In this document: piece after piece, positions 1 to 13,900 of the stretch
Numbering within the stretch: the first letter of the stretch is position 1
Layout of the letters: every line of letters starts with the position of its first letter
Assembly: GCA_951406725.2 (NCBI GenBank)
Contig: OX597819.1
Span: forward strand, 35,154,001-35,218,000
Reading direction: 5' to 3'
DNA from: Octopus vulgaris
Taxonomy: Eukaryota
Length of the DNA stretch: 64,000 nucleotides
Position numbers and translations under genes: made by a program
Notes under the pieces: model-generated
What the model was told of the DNA's origin: nothing
The model's database searches: none
What the model saw: the letters and a program-made list of their open reading frames with translations, nothing else

Positions 1-108
1 ATGTCTTTAAAAGTTTGCTTTTCCACAACTGACATTACTTGCAGCACATTACAAACGAAGACTCACACATATATGCTCACATACACACATTCACATAAAG
101 TAATGGTC

Positions 109-253
109 TTAATTCATTCCAAAGAATTTAACTGAACGATCCATACTAGCTGAAGCCACAAATGTAGCATTGTGACCAAATCGCACACCAGTAGCTGATG
201 CTGTGTGGTCATTAAAAACTGCCAAGTCTTGCCACTGCTTGCAGAGGTAAACC
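109..253 (-). CDS. PRPF19: PRPF19 terminal coding exon
   Basis: [47 protein letters not shown], then TAA at 111-109. Confidence 0.94.
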
Positions 254-3167
254 CTAAAATAGAAAATAAAAAAAGTTACTCAGTGATGTGTAAAAAAGAA
301 ATTTATGTAAACAAGTAAAACAAAGGAATTTGTCACTTTTCCTACATGACAGATATATTCTGCCTTATAAAAGCAAACTGTCAAAAGGAAAATTTAATTT
401 GGAAATAAAAAATTTGAGGAAATACTCATATTTGTACTACAATTCGAGATATCAAAATCATCCTTAATGTTTCCAATATTAAACTCTCAGAATCATCAGA
501 GGATTGAAAAAAATATCTAGTGCTATTTGTTCTGAGTTCTGAGTTCAAATCTTGAGACCAACTTTACTTTTCAACTCTCTGGAGGTGAAAAATATCAAGT
601 ACCAGTGAAGCATTGGGGGCTGAAGTAACTAACACCCTCCCCTCAAAACTGATAGCACGGGCATTATACTTAAGCTAGAAACAATTCTCTCTAAAAGTGT
701 GGAGGTAACTGACCCCCAAAAGAATTCTCAGGAGTCTTGCTGAAATTACCAATATTTCAATATTGACATTCTCAGAATGTTGGGCCTTACAGAGATGACA
801 ATAGATTGATATGTTTAATAATATGAAGTTCTTGAGAAAACCCACCCACCTCAACGAAATAGTTCTGGAAGCACTCTGTGTTCCACCCACATGTAACAAT
901 AAATCTTTTACACACCTGACCCCAATAAACCAAACTACATCTTCCCTTCTCTTTTTCTGCAGATTTCCTCTTTTTCATGCATTCTCCTTCCCTGCTCCTG
1001 TCCTCAATGTGCTGCCCACTGTATCATTGCTATCCTGTTTCCCCCCTATATATACCCAGGTTTCACCTGTCACTGTACTCTCCCCGCCACTTAGCATTCA
1101 CAGGAACTCCCTGCTCATGCACCCCTGGCAATGCTCTGCCATTCCATTCATATTCTCATCCCTGTACCTTAAGAGTTTCCCCTAACACAACCATGCATCT
1201 CCTCTACAGCAAAACATGTTTCTGTACCTCTGTCATACTCAAACTTCTCATCACCTGGCACAAAGCCACCTCCTCTCAAAAGATCTTTGTCTTACAAGCT
1301 ACTTGGAGACCTCATTGATATTGGTGCCACGTATAAAGTATCCAGTCCACACAGTAAAGTGACTGACGTTTGGAAGGGTATCCAGCTGTAAAAACCATGC
1401 TAATGCAGTCCTTGCTAGTGTTGGTGTCATAGAAAAAGCACCCAGTCCACTCTGTTAAGTGGTTGGCATTAGGAAGGACATGAAGCTGTAAAAACCATGC
1501 CAAAACAGACCTTGCTGGTGCTGGTGCTATGTGAAAATCACCCAGTCCACTTTGTAAAGTAGTTGGTGTTAGGAAGGACATCCAGCTCTAAAAACCATGC
1601 ATAACAGACTTCACTGGTGTTGGTGCTGTGTAAAAAGCACCCAGTCCACTCTATAAAGTGATTGGTGTTAGGAAGGGTATCCAACAGTAAAAACTATGCC
1701 AGAACACACAGTGAAGCTTGATGCAGTCCTCTGACTTGCCGGCTCCTGTCAAACTGTTCACCCAATGCCAGTAGGGAAGATGGACATTAAATAATAATGA
1801 CAACGATGATGAATGATACACTGTAAAATTTTATCAGTCAGAAAGACTAATTATGAAGTTTTAACAATTTAGTTTTGTCATATTAAACTGCTAATATCAA
1901 AATAATTTACTCCAGACTAATTTTCCTGGCAGTTTGCTTCAGAAATCTTCATGTATTTAGATTAGCTTAGCACAATTAGTAATGTTGGGACACATCATTC
2001 TAATCAGAACACTTTACTCTTGACCAATTAGAATATAATACTGCAGAGGCAAAAATTCAAATTGTTGATGTTGAAACAAGAACTTAATAAACAATACATA
2101 CCTAACATCAGTACCTGCCACAGCAAGATACGATCCACTCTGATCAAAACAAAGACTGCGTACTTCATATTTATCGTCAAGTTGGATAGTCTTGAAGTTT
2201 TTCAATTTACGCAAATCCCACAGTTTTACAACAGCATCTTCAGCAGCAGTAGCAAGGTAGTAACCTAGAAACAGAAAATTGTATAAACAGTGAGACTATG
2301 AACAAATGAGAGGTGAGAAAGAGAAAGACGACAATTTAGTAAAAGATAAGAGGCATACCATTCATATTACAACAAAAAATGCTGATAGAATTGTAACATA
2401 TTATTGTTGTAATCATAAATCTATGATTAAAGACACATTTAAAAAATCAAAAGGTAAATAGTAAAAAAATAGAACATCTGTTTAACACCTGCTTCTTTCC
2501 ATGCTAGCATTGACTGGACGAAGACTTATTTGAAGAAGGATTTTATGGCTAGATACTCTTCCTGCTCACAATCCTTACCTGTTTGTCAGGTAGGAGATCA
2601 TTTTAATAATAATAATGAAATTATTGTATACAGTGCTCAGGTGCACCACAACTTGTCAGAAAGTGCATATAAAGTATACGCAGTAATGTACAAATGTCTG
2701 GAAAGCGAACAATGTATGAGTCAGATACATGCTTGTGTGTGTATGGAGGGGAGAAAATCAGGTGTAGTGTTGGCGAATCTCAGGAAGCATGGAAGTTTTG
2801 AAGGATGCAGTGCTCCGACAACTAACAACTGATGCCAGCGGTTTGTTCCATACTTAAGCAACTCTCAGCGTGAAAAAATGTTTCCTGAAGTCATGGGAGC
2901 TGTGCTGTTTTCTGACTTTGTAAATATGTCCACGGGTGTTAGACAGGTGGAGTTTGAAAAGGTGCTCAGAGTTATTGTTGGTAAGATGGTTAATAATTTT
3001 ATGGTTAATAATATTTTTATTCCATTAGTCTGTGAAAGCACAGAGAAACTTCTAGTAATGTCAATAAAGAACATAAACATATCACTATTTTAATCAAACA
3101 AGCAAAGCTGTGGAATGCTAATATTCATGCACATATTTACAAGCATGGAATACACACAATATAGGAA

Positions 3168-3219
<52 letters not shown>

Positions 3220-6200
3220 CATTAAAGGTATGAAATTTGCTATGATCTTTCGGACAATAATCAATAAGGAATGAGCATATCTATATCTTGTGTATGAAGT
3301 TCTATATTCACTTTGTCATGCTTGTTTAATTTTTGAAACTATATAATGAGTTTTCATACAGTTTCCATCTTCCAAATTCATTCAGATGTTAATGGTTAAT
3401 CAAAAAGTATATTGGACAGAAAGATCTATTTTTAAACTTCAAAATTAAATTTCATAGTGAAATCAAACAAAAATTATTTTGAATACACTGTGATTCTTAC
3501 CATTTTCAGAAAATGCAATACTGGTAATTGGGCCCATATGCCCAGGGAAGTTAGCTACGTTGATTTGTTCTTTCAAATCCCAGATTTTAATCATATAATC
3601 CTCAGTTCCAGTTCCAAAAATAAGACCATCAGGATGGAATTGTGCACAAGTCAGAGCTAAAAACAACACAAACAAAAAGAATTAATAAAAAATCGTGTAA
3701 CATATTATAATCACAAATACTAGCAATGATACTAAGACTGAAGATTCTACATGTTTTGAAGTACTTAGATTTTACCCAAAATTATTAGCAGTTCAAACAG
3801 AACCAAAACACTGCAGCAGAGATATTAACACAGTACTAAAAAATAGTGATTGCTAGTTCTTATAATATACCTTAATGTATAAAACTGTTCTGATTTTCTC
3901 TTGCATAATTTGCAAATTCAAGAATTACGCTCTGTGATGAGGTACAAAACTGAATTGACTCAAGTATCACACAGGTGCTCATTTTATCAAACCTCAAGGG
4001 ATAACAGGTGTCATCAAAAGATTAACAAAAATATGATTTAAAGGGTTACTCTTTGATTACTTACATCCAGTGGAGTGTGATGTGGTCAAGCTGGGACAAC
4101 ACAGATAACAATGGAAACATTTATGAAAATGATTGTATTATAAGATATGATAAGAAACTTACGATGTGGAGCAGATGTATCGGTGACTTTAGTTAACACT
4201 TTACCAGTTCGAATATCTGAGAAAGCCCAATACTAGAAATAAAGTAAAACATATTGATATATTGGACATCAAATTGTCAACAGAAGAACAGGATGTTCAA
4301 AAAGTCTCTCCGCAGTAAGGATTTTATTGGAAAATAAATATTTATAAGAAGGTATAAGTCTACAAAAGAATTTATTAGAATTCACAAGACTTTAAAAAAA
4401 ATTTATAAGCAGTGTTGAAAGTGCCATCCTTCATTTTCAATACATAAGTTGACTCTTCTACACATGCTTTGAAATACATCTTGGAGAAAAAATTCACTGC
4501 GGAGAAACTTTTTGAACACCCTGTACATTAGGATAAATAGAATTCAAGTCTTTTTATTATTTTTTTTTTTGTTTGGCATGAGCCTAGATGTAAACTTCAG
4601 GATACAATAATACTTGGAAGAAAGCTATCAGTCATTCTATTACTATGAAAAAGAGCTGCAACAGCAAAAAATCTGACTACTGATTGATATTCATACAGGT
4701 ACAACACTGACTTTCAGAACACTGATGGTCTAGAACCTTTTATAATCTGCACAAATTGTTGAGCTAGAACTTTAAATCCCTGTAGCCACCAAACTAGTTT
4801 ACTGGTACCTTGCACAGACGGGTGCCTTACATAGCAAAGTATTAATAAACTTGCATCATTTATATAAAAAAAAAATGTAGAAATACCTGTATTACATTTA
4901 ATTATTCAAGTAAATTTAATATTAGTTTAATTCAGTGTATTGACCAAAGTGACCCATCCCTGATTTGGAAGAAAAATCAATAACCCAGAATGGCTTTGGA
5001 ATCAGTGTGTGTGTGTGTGTGCGCGTCCTTGCGTATGTATCTATCTATATTTATAGATACTTTTCTATTTAATAGTTGTATGAAACAACAAAAGGTTTTC
5101 TATCATTTTTTTTTGCAGAGTCCTTTTATATTAAATTTGTAAGGGTTTATTACTTAAAAGCTAAAATTCTTTTGTTCATATGAACTTTCTTCTATCCATA
5201 AACATTTGGTATCTCAACTTCTGGCTGATGATGATTGTGAAGCAAAATGTGCATTGTGAGTTATTAAAGCTCTATCTACGACGATTTCATCTCAATCGAA
5301 GGAGAGGGGCTTTCTCCGTCTGGGTTGCGGATTCGTGGAATAAGCTGCCAGACGAGATAGTGAAGATGCCAACGACCGCTTGGTTCAAAGTTTCTCTTGA
5401 CCAGAAATGGCCTGAACTCTTTGTATGACCACCCTCCCTGTACATAACTCCCTGTCCCCCTACATGGCCTTGCTTTTGCTTTTTGAGCCAATAAAAATTG
5501 AATTGAAAAAAAAAAAAAAAACTCAATTATACAAAATTTAAGCAAAGCAATAAAGCTTATCATTTAAAATCTATAAATATTCTATGGATGTCAAAGGAAG
5601 GAACTGAGGCTATTATCAGTTCAAACCAGACATGTAAAAATGCCAAAGAATTTAATAAATAACAAGAGATAAAATGTTCACCTTTAGTTGGAAGAGAACA
5701 TTATACAATAACATTGTAATACAGAATAGGTTAGCAATGGTTTTAATGGAAACAGTTGACCAGTGGGAATTACACATGTTACAGGGTCTAAGCACTCCAT
5801 AAACACTGCAATATATTTTTAGCTAAACAGTAAATAGTACAGCCACAGAGTTAAATACTACAACTGCTAACTGGCACTCTGTTGGCTATGACGATGAGGG
5901 TTCCAGTTGATCCGATCAATGGAACAGCCTGCTTCTGAAATTAATGTGCAAGTGGCTGAGCACTCTACATAGTTCTCAGGGAGATTCAGCATGACACAGA
6001 ATGTGACAAGGCTGACCCTTTGAATTACAGGTACAACTAACTTTTGCCAGCTGAGTGGACTGGAGCAATGTGAAATAAAGTGTCTTGCTCAAGGACACAA
6101 CGAACTGCTGGGAATCAAACTCATGACCTTCAACTGCTAACACGAGTAAATTATTTCAGTAAATTATGTAAAATTGAATGAGAATGCTCAATCCATAAGC

Positions 6201-9200
6201 ATTTAAACAGGCAATATCATATCCAGCCCAAATATTCTTCCTGTTTTAAGTTCAAACTGGCCAGATCTAGCCCCTCACACCTAATCTACAATGTCATTCT
6301 AAAAATTTTGAGATAATGCATGATTAATTCAAAACAATGAGAATAAATAAGCATTACATTTGACAAGATTGTAAGAGTTGCTGAAGCATGGAACAGACTG
6401 CCGGCATCATTGTTAGTTGTCGGAGCACTGCATCCTTCAAAACTTCCATGCTTCCTGAGATTCGCCAACACTACACCTGATTTTCTCCCCTCCATACACA
6501 TGCAAGCATGTATCTGACTCATACACTGTTCACTTCCCAGATATTTGTACATTAAGGCACATGCTTTATATGCACTTTTTGACAAGTTGTGGTGCACCTG
6601 AGCACTGTATACAATAATTTCATTATTATTATTATAAGATTCTAATTTGAAATTATCAGATTGGATTGAAGTAAAAGAAAATAAGTAATTACTGTATCGG
6701 TGGAACTACTGAGTAAGTAATCTCCAGTAGCATGAAGACTCAGACCAGTAACAGGAGCTTCATGAGCACGAATCACTTGACCACACTGAGCAGTCTGAAT
6801 GCCCCAAACACGGATGCTGCTATCAGGAGATGCTGTAAACACCAGATCCTAGTAAAAATGAAAATGAAAAATATTTTTTAAAAAATTATAAAATTATAAA
6901 AGCTATAAAATAACAGTTGATTTAATATGCATTTTTATGCATGAAAAATAAAAGAACATCATCCTTTCTAATATTGGAAAAAAAAAAGAAAAAGAAAAAA
7001 AGTGGTTTGTTGCTTCAAGAAATGCATGCAAGGCAATAAAAATGAACAGATTGAAGGTAGAGCTACATCTAACAAATCTGGGCAAATAACTGTAAAATCT
7101 GACCAAAATATACAGTTACAACTTACTTCTTCTGGATGGTAGATGACACTGGTGACTTTCTTTGTATGTCCCTTAAGAATTGCCATAACTTGTTCTGTGT
7201 CTTTGTTGAAAACAACAGCATTCTTGTCATTCCCACCTGAAAGAATATCAATCTAGATATTTACTTTGGCCAAATAATTTGTGCTTCAAAATTATACTTA
7301 AATTTAATTCTTTGATTTTTAAAATCTGCTCTATACTCATTTTTCTTTCTATATTTCTGGTTTATCCTTGGCAGTTAACTAGTCAACAATGGAGAGACAA
7401 AGTGGCTAAAGAGTTTAAATAGGAAGTTTTAGAAAAGTGAGATAATATATATATATCCTAAGGGGCAAAACATGATCTATGGCTTTGAAATGAAACATAA
7501 CATATACCTCAATGTCATATTGAAAATTTACATGAGACCAAAAAAACAGAAAAAAACTAAGCTTAAAACATGTGTAAAGTATCTCCAATTTTTTTACTAT
7601 TAATCTGAAATGATTGGTAATGATCAGAGAGTCATTAAAGGCTTGTATCTGTTTCAACTCCCTGCACTCTGAGTTCAAATCCTACCAAGGTCAACTTTGC
7701 ATTTCATCCTTTCAGGGTTGATAAACTAAGTACTAAATCTAGAGTGGAAACTTAATAGAACTGTTCTAGCATCAAACAAGATACTTTGCAGATTCTGTAC
7801 TTGTCCTCTGCCTTCTAACAACACTTTAATGGCACTGGTACCATGCTGTATCAGCCTTTCTCTTGTACAATACTGATGGCATGGCAAGGGGTGACTTTGA
7901 AACATGGATAAATGCTTGGTTTCCCCACCAAAATATTTTTCTTATGCCAGTGCATATATATGCATGCAGGGCTAGACAGGTGGTGGTTCAAAACAGAAAA
8001 AACTAGTAGATATAATATAGTGTAGAGACAAAACATCATTTAATGTCCATTTTCCATGCAAGCATGAGCCAGACGGTTTGACAGGAGCTGGCCAGGTTCC
8101 AATTGTTTGTTTCAGCAAGGTTTCTACAGCCTCCATCCTAACACCAACCATTTTACAGAGTGTACCAGGTGCTTTATATGTGGTACTGGCATGGGTGCTT
8201 TATATGTGCAACTGGCACGGGAACTTTCATTGTTACCCCAGCACGGGTGCTTTTACATGACACCAGCACTCACAAACCCACAGGACAAGGACTTCTTGGC
8301 TGAGAGAGAGACATACCTGTGTATATAGATGGCCACAATTTTACTTAGCCTGATGTGTCTTCTCAAGCACAGCAAATCACCAGAAGTCTTGGTCTCTTGT
8401 CATCTCTTCAATAAAACCTAGTGTCTGAAGATCCTTTCTCACCACTTCATCTCATGTTTTCCTAGGTATACTCCTTCAACATGTTTCTTCTACAGTTAGA
8501 GATCAGCATTTCTTTATGCAGTTGTCCTCATCCATATGCATCACATATGACCATACCAGTGCAGTCTTGTCTCTCGCACACTACATCTGGTGCCTCTTAT
8601 ACCCAATTTTCCTCTTAACTCATTTACACTGTCATCCATGCACACTAACATTATCCATCCAGCAGAGCATGTTGGCTTCATTTCTTTCAAGCCATTGCAT
8701 GTCCTCAGTAGTCACAACCCATGTTTCACTACTATGTAGCATAGTTGCTTGAACACAGGTATCATACTATCTGCTTTTCATTTTGTGGGAGAAGCCCTTT
8801 CTTACCAAACAAATGTAGCAGCTCACTGAACTTTGCTCAGCCCAATCTTATTCTAGCAACCACACTTTCAGCACTTCCTCCTCCACTGCTAACTTTTGTT
8901 ATCTAGGTAACAGAAACTATCTACTACTTCTAAAGACCCCCTTGGACATTTGAGGGAGCGTATATTCTGCACATTCCTAGTGTATCTTGTACCTGCACAC
9001 CTGCCACACATAAAGACTACTTTCTCTGTTAACCTTCCTCTGATACTGCTGCACCTCTTATATGTCCATAGCTTACCCTAGGTTCACCATATGGAGTTTC
9101 TACCAACCCCTTTTCTACATACTGAGCAGGGCCATTGCCCTGAAGGGATCTGTCTGTTTCCTAGCTTACTAGGACTTTGGTCTATGTTAAATTAACTCTA

Positions 9201-10895
9201 AGGCCTTTTGATTCCAGACCTTGCCTCCACATGTGAAATTTCCTCTCCAGTTTTGATAGTGATTCAGTAATACGAACAAGCTTATCAGTATAGAGCAGGT
9301 AGTTTTAAATTCCTCTGTTATGGCCTGCAGGACTATGATAAACAAGAGGGGACTGAGAACCGATCCTTGGTGAACTCTTACCTGTATACTAAATTCCTTG
9401 CTATACTCATCGCCAATAACAACTAAAAAACCAATATGAGAAAGTAGAACAGAAAATATGAAAGTAATAATTTCCAGATTAAAGAGGATACACTCTATGA
9501 TGATGAAATGTAGTATATAGCATGTAAAGGTGGTGTTACCTGTAACAATCTTCGATGTATCTCGCAAACAAATGTCCAATGATACAATACCAGGAACACT
9601 AGCACTATGAAGACCCTGAAGAAACAGAAGCCAAAAGTTAGAAAAACAGCAACTAAAAACATTACAAGATGTTATTAAATCTAACAAATTTATGGATGAA
9701 TTGAATGGATAGTAAACAGCAAAGAAAAGTTTTCTTAACATTTAAAAAAATATTGGAGAAATTCCAAAGATAGGTTCTTTATTTTGCAGTAGAATTCAAA
9801 TAAATAGACATTAGTCAGCTAATTGCACAGGAATTTATATGATTAATTTGACAGTATTTCACCACTAATTAGAACTGCTTTTGTTATCAGGCTAAAATTC
9901 TTAAATTGTTTTTGATTATAATAAAACCTATTATTGTACTCTTCACAAAACCATGTTTTTATAGAACTTTTGAGCAAATGTTGAATTCTTACAGAGAAGT
10001 CATTGGTGATGAACAAATAAAACTGTAGAATTTAATCTTTCATGGACTACACTCATGGAGTGGTTGGCATTAGAAAGGGCATCCAGCTGTAGAAACACTG
10101 CCAAACCAGACTGGAGCCTGGTGCAGCCTCCATGGCTTACCAGACCCCGGTCGAACCGTCCAACCCATGCTAGCATGAAAAACGGGCGTTAAATGATGAT
10201 GATGATGGACATATTTCTAACAAAATTTTAATAAATTATCAAAAATTTAGAGGGATTAAGTAAAATAATTTTGCTCATTATTTAGTATATTAAACAGATG
10301 TTTAGAACAACAAAAGTTCTTAAATAAAATTATGCTCTAAGAATGCTTTGTATCAAAGAACCAGAAGTGAGTTAGTATCTAAATAATTAAAATACATTAA
10401 TTTAAATTTAGTTGAGAGTTAAATTAAAATAAACTGCAATCAATCAAGTACTTAAAGTAATGGGGTGGCATTTAACTGTAGAGCATTTTGTCATTAGTTA
10501 ATGCTAAAAACAAATCTGAAATGAATTTAATTTAACTTACAGTGTGTGAAGCCAATTGTCTGTAGCCACGAATATCTTCTGAGCTCGCCAAACCTTCAGG
10601 AACAGTTTTACCTCTCTAAAATAGATATATAATTTGGTAGATTAACAGCTGATATGCTTAGTAAGTGGATAGTTCATAATAAATACTACTAACTATATAT
10701 ATAAAGGGAAAGTTTACGAAAATAAACAAAAGATGAAGGCAGGTGGCGTACAAACAAACAGATGTATTAGTATAGTGATCAGGAATAGAAAAAATCTTTT
10801 ACGTTTCGAGCCTACGCTCTTCTACAGAAAGGTACACAGAAAAAACAAGGAGAGAAAAAAAATGTGTGTAGTAGTTAATGATCTATCATGGCGTC

Positions 10896-10935
<40 letters not shown>

Positions 10936-13900
10936 TCACACAAAAAGGTGTTTACATGAATGAAGAGTGATATAGATATAGAGGGTTTGGCTTCAGGTAT
11001 TATTTAATATATGTAAGGGAGATATAGAACAAAAATCAGAACTGCAGCCACAAAAAAGGCACTAATGATGAATACAAAAACAAGCTATAATAATAGTGAA
11101 CATAAAAAGAAAGCTATTATGACATATACCAGCATCAAATCAACCTTATAGTTCATGACAGTAGTTGAGCTCTGGTTCACAGCATTATATGAAAATTGTT
11201 TGTTTAATTTTTATGCTTCCAACATTTTTGTCAGCAACCTTCATCGGGATTGTGACCTTCCTATAAAGTCCCGTGTCTAAGTGTTTTTTAATCAACAAGT
11301 TCATATAAAGATGCTGTTTGATGCAAATGATAAATAGACTTGGCAGCACTTACTGCACATAACATCAAAAGCATGTGTTCATGTTATTAATCAGTTAGCC
11401 AATACATGGACATTTCCATAAATATGTCTGCTTATTCAATAGTAATTTGCTTACAGAAGGGCCATATTGAGCTAGTTGTACATTTAGCCCTTTTCTATAG
11501 ATTAAACATAGAAATGCATATTTAAATGTAGATTTAGGGAAAAAGGTATGTAGAGGCAGTTTTAAAGCAGAATCAAGTATTGATATTTTCTTCTTTTGTA
11601 ACCTTTAAATGAAAATCTAACAAAAATAAATACAGTTCATATCCAATCTTACATGGATGTTGGTTTCTTCATGAGAAGAGATTGAGCATAAGTCAATATA
11701 TCTAAAGAATAATAATATATGTAGAAGTTACAAATAGAGAAGTATATGCTAATAGATTCATGCATGAAGTGACCACCATCACCAATAATAAGCTCAATGC
11801 TATTGATAAAATTTGATATCTGATGGTATTCTTTGAAATGGAAATACTAAAATGGACAAGAACTGGTGAATTTCCACCAAAGTGAAAAGCCACAAATATT
11901 TCAAGAAATAAGATGATTTAACCAATGTAATAAATGGATATGGTGGTGTTTCGGATATCAATGGCCCAATTAAAAGTATATTTATTGTAACCTTATCTTA
12001 ATTTCTGATGTCAAGAAAAGTACAAGAGTAAAGGTTTTAGGCTTTTAATATACTATTTATTTAAAGAAACACTATAAAATATTCCACAAATCAAAATGTA
12101 AAATAATACCTTCTTTCGTTCAGCTGTTAACAAAGTGGCTTTGTCTTGGAGCTGAAATACAAGAAAAAAAATAGAAATTATATGTTAATTAATTTAATGA
12201 CCATCACTCTATTACGAAAATGAATCAAAATGTTATTGCAAAAATCATCACATGAACAAAACAAAATAAAACTAAATTGTATCAAATTCCTACTTATAAC
12301 AACAAACATACACATATACTCACAACAAACATACATCCTCACATAAACATAGCTCCCAACTAACACAAATATAATCACAACTCACAACAAACATATATAA
12401 TTACAACTAACAACATGCCTACACATACAACCACAGCTCCTAACACACATGTATATTAATATGCTGCAATGCAAAAATGAAGAGCAATATGATGTCTACT
12501 TAACTTAGCTAGATAACTAAAATTTCTTTAAAATATTTGATTTAGTTATGCATTGTCATAAAACCCGATAATTTTCTCATTAGATTGCCTTTTACTCGGC
12601 GTCTTTTACATACTACCACAATACAGTTCTTAGAAAATTAACAAACCTTATATATGTTCAACTTTAATATTCTTATATGGCCACTTGACCTGCTAGACCC
12701 AGACAAATTGCTCTCAAATCAGACACTACCCTTACCATGGGGACTCTTCAATGCCACCCCACACTACTTGAGTGTGATTTCAGAGAGAAAAATGGAAATT
12801 AATAAAAGAAAAGCACAAAGAAGTTCTACCTTCTGAAGGACTTCTTCTGTCATGCCAGCTTCCTCTGTTGGCTGCTGAGCAGCTTCAGGTCCGGCTTCTG
12901 CTGCATAAGCCTGGCAAAAAGAGAAAGAAAATATAGAAAAAAAAATATTATTGAATTTATTCTTTTACTTTTCTTTGATTTCATTTTGTTTCAATTTAAA
13001 AGAATTAAGTTTCTAAGATGAAAAATAAGCTTCAGTAAAGTTTATATTCTACATAAACTCAGTTATGAAGCTTCTCTAATTTATAAAAAAAATAACAAAT
13101 AGAAGAAAATGTAGCATAATCAAATATCAGAATGGCAGCAAAGATGTTTGTCTGAATAGGACTTACAGGTTGTGGTGTTGGTGCAGCATAACCAGCAGGC
13201 CCAGCAACAATACCTGCTTGGGGTTTGAGAGTAGCCAAAGCTGAAGAAAAGAAAAAAAGGTTGTATTAAATTAAACAAGTGTTGCAATGGAAACTGAAGT
13301 ATAACACAAACAAATCAAATACAGACTATAACAATTGATTCCATTTTCTGTGAAAAATTATGTTGTAATGAGCAGAGCAAGAAATGATGGACAGATTTGC
13401 TTACAATGCATATAAAATTTGTAGCAGATTGCAGTTGATAAGATTCTTCAAAAGCAAAATTCCCTCAGGGATAGAGGCTGAGATGTATAACTAAAGAGTT
13501 TAAATAGGAAGTTTTAGAAAAGTGAGATAATATATATTTTACCTAAGGGGCAAAACATGATCTATGACTTTGAAATGAAACATAACATATACCCCAATGT
13601 CATATTGAAAATTTATATGAGACTCTAGCTACATAAGAGGCTGAGATGTATAAAATGCTGAAGAAAAAAGTCACATGCATGTCGCCACATGACCAATTAG
13701 GTAGTTGTGGGAGGTGACATACCCATGCTACAAAGGCAAAAGTAATGTTTTAGTGAGAAGCAATTACAGATGCATCAAACTGATGAACCATGTTATGGAA
13801 ATCACTGGAAGAGTTATAACACTGATTAGGAATTAGCTTAGATTAAATGCAGTTTGAGTTTACACAGAACAGAATACCGCTGAAACTCTCTTCCCAGTGC

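Noticed and set aside
811-1318. Overlapping 124-aa and 113-aa ORFs
   Set aside because: Pyrimidine-rich, low-information intronic sequence with no recognisable motifs or splice support.
1321-1720. CRISPR-like array
   Set aside because: Eukaryotic intron; the spacers are homologous to one another, the unit derives from a LINE 3'UTR, and there are no cas genes.
7406-7538. Duplicated intronic snoRNA
   Set aside because: No convincing C/D boxes or H/ACA two-hairpin layout seen on the sense (minus) strand; the flanking duplication at the second copy favours a templated insertion.
9187-9741. 184-aa ORF
   Set aside because: Chance concatenation of intron, PRPF19 exon 10 and an RTE reverse-transcriptase fragment.
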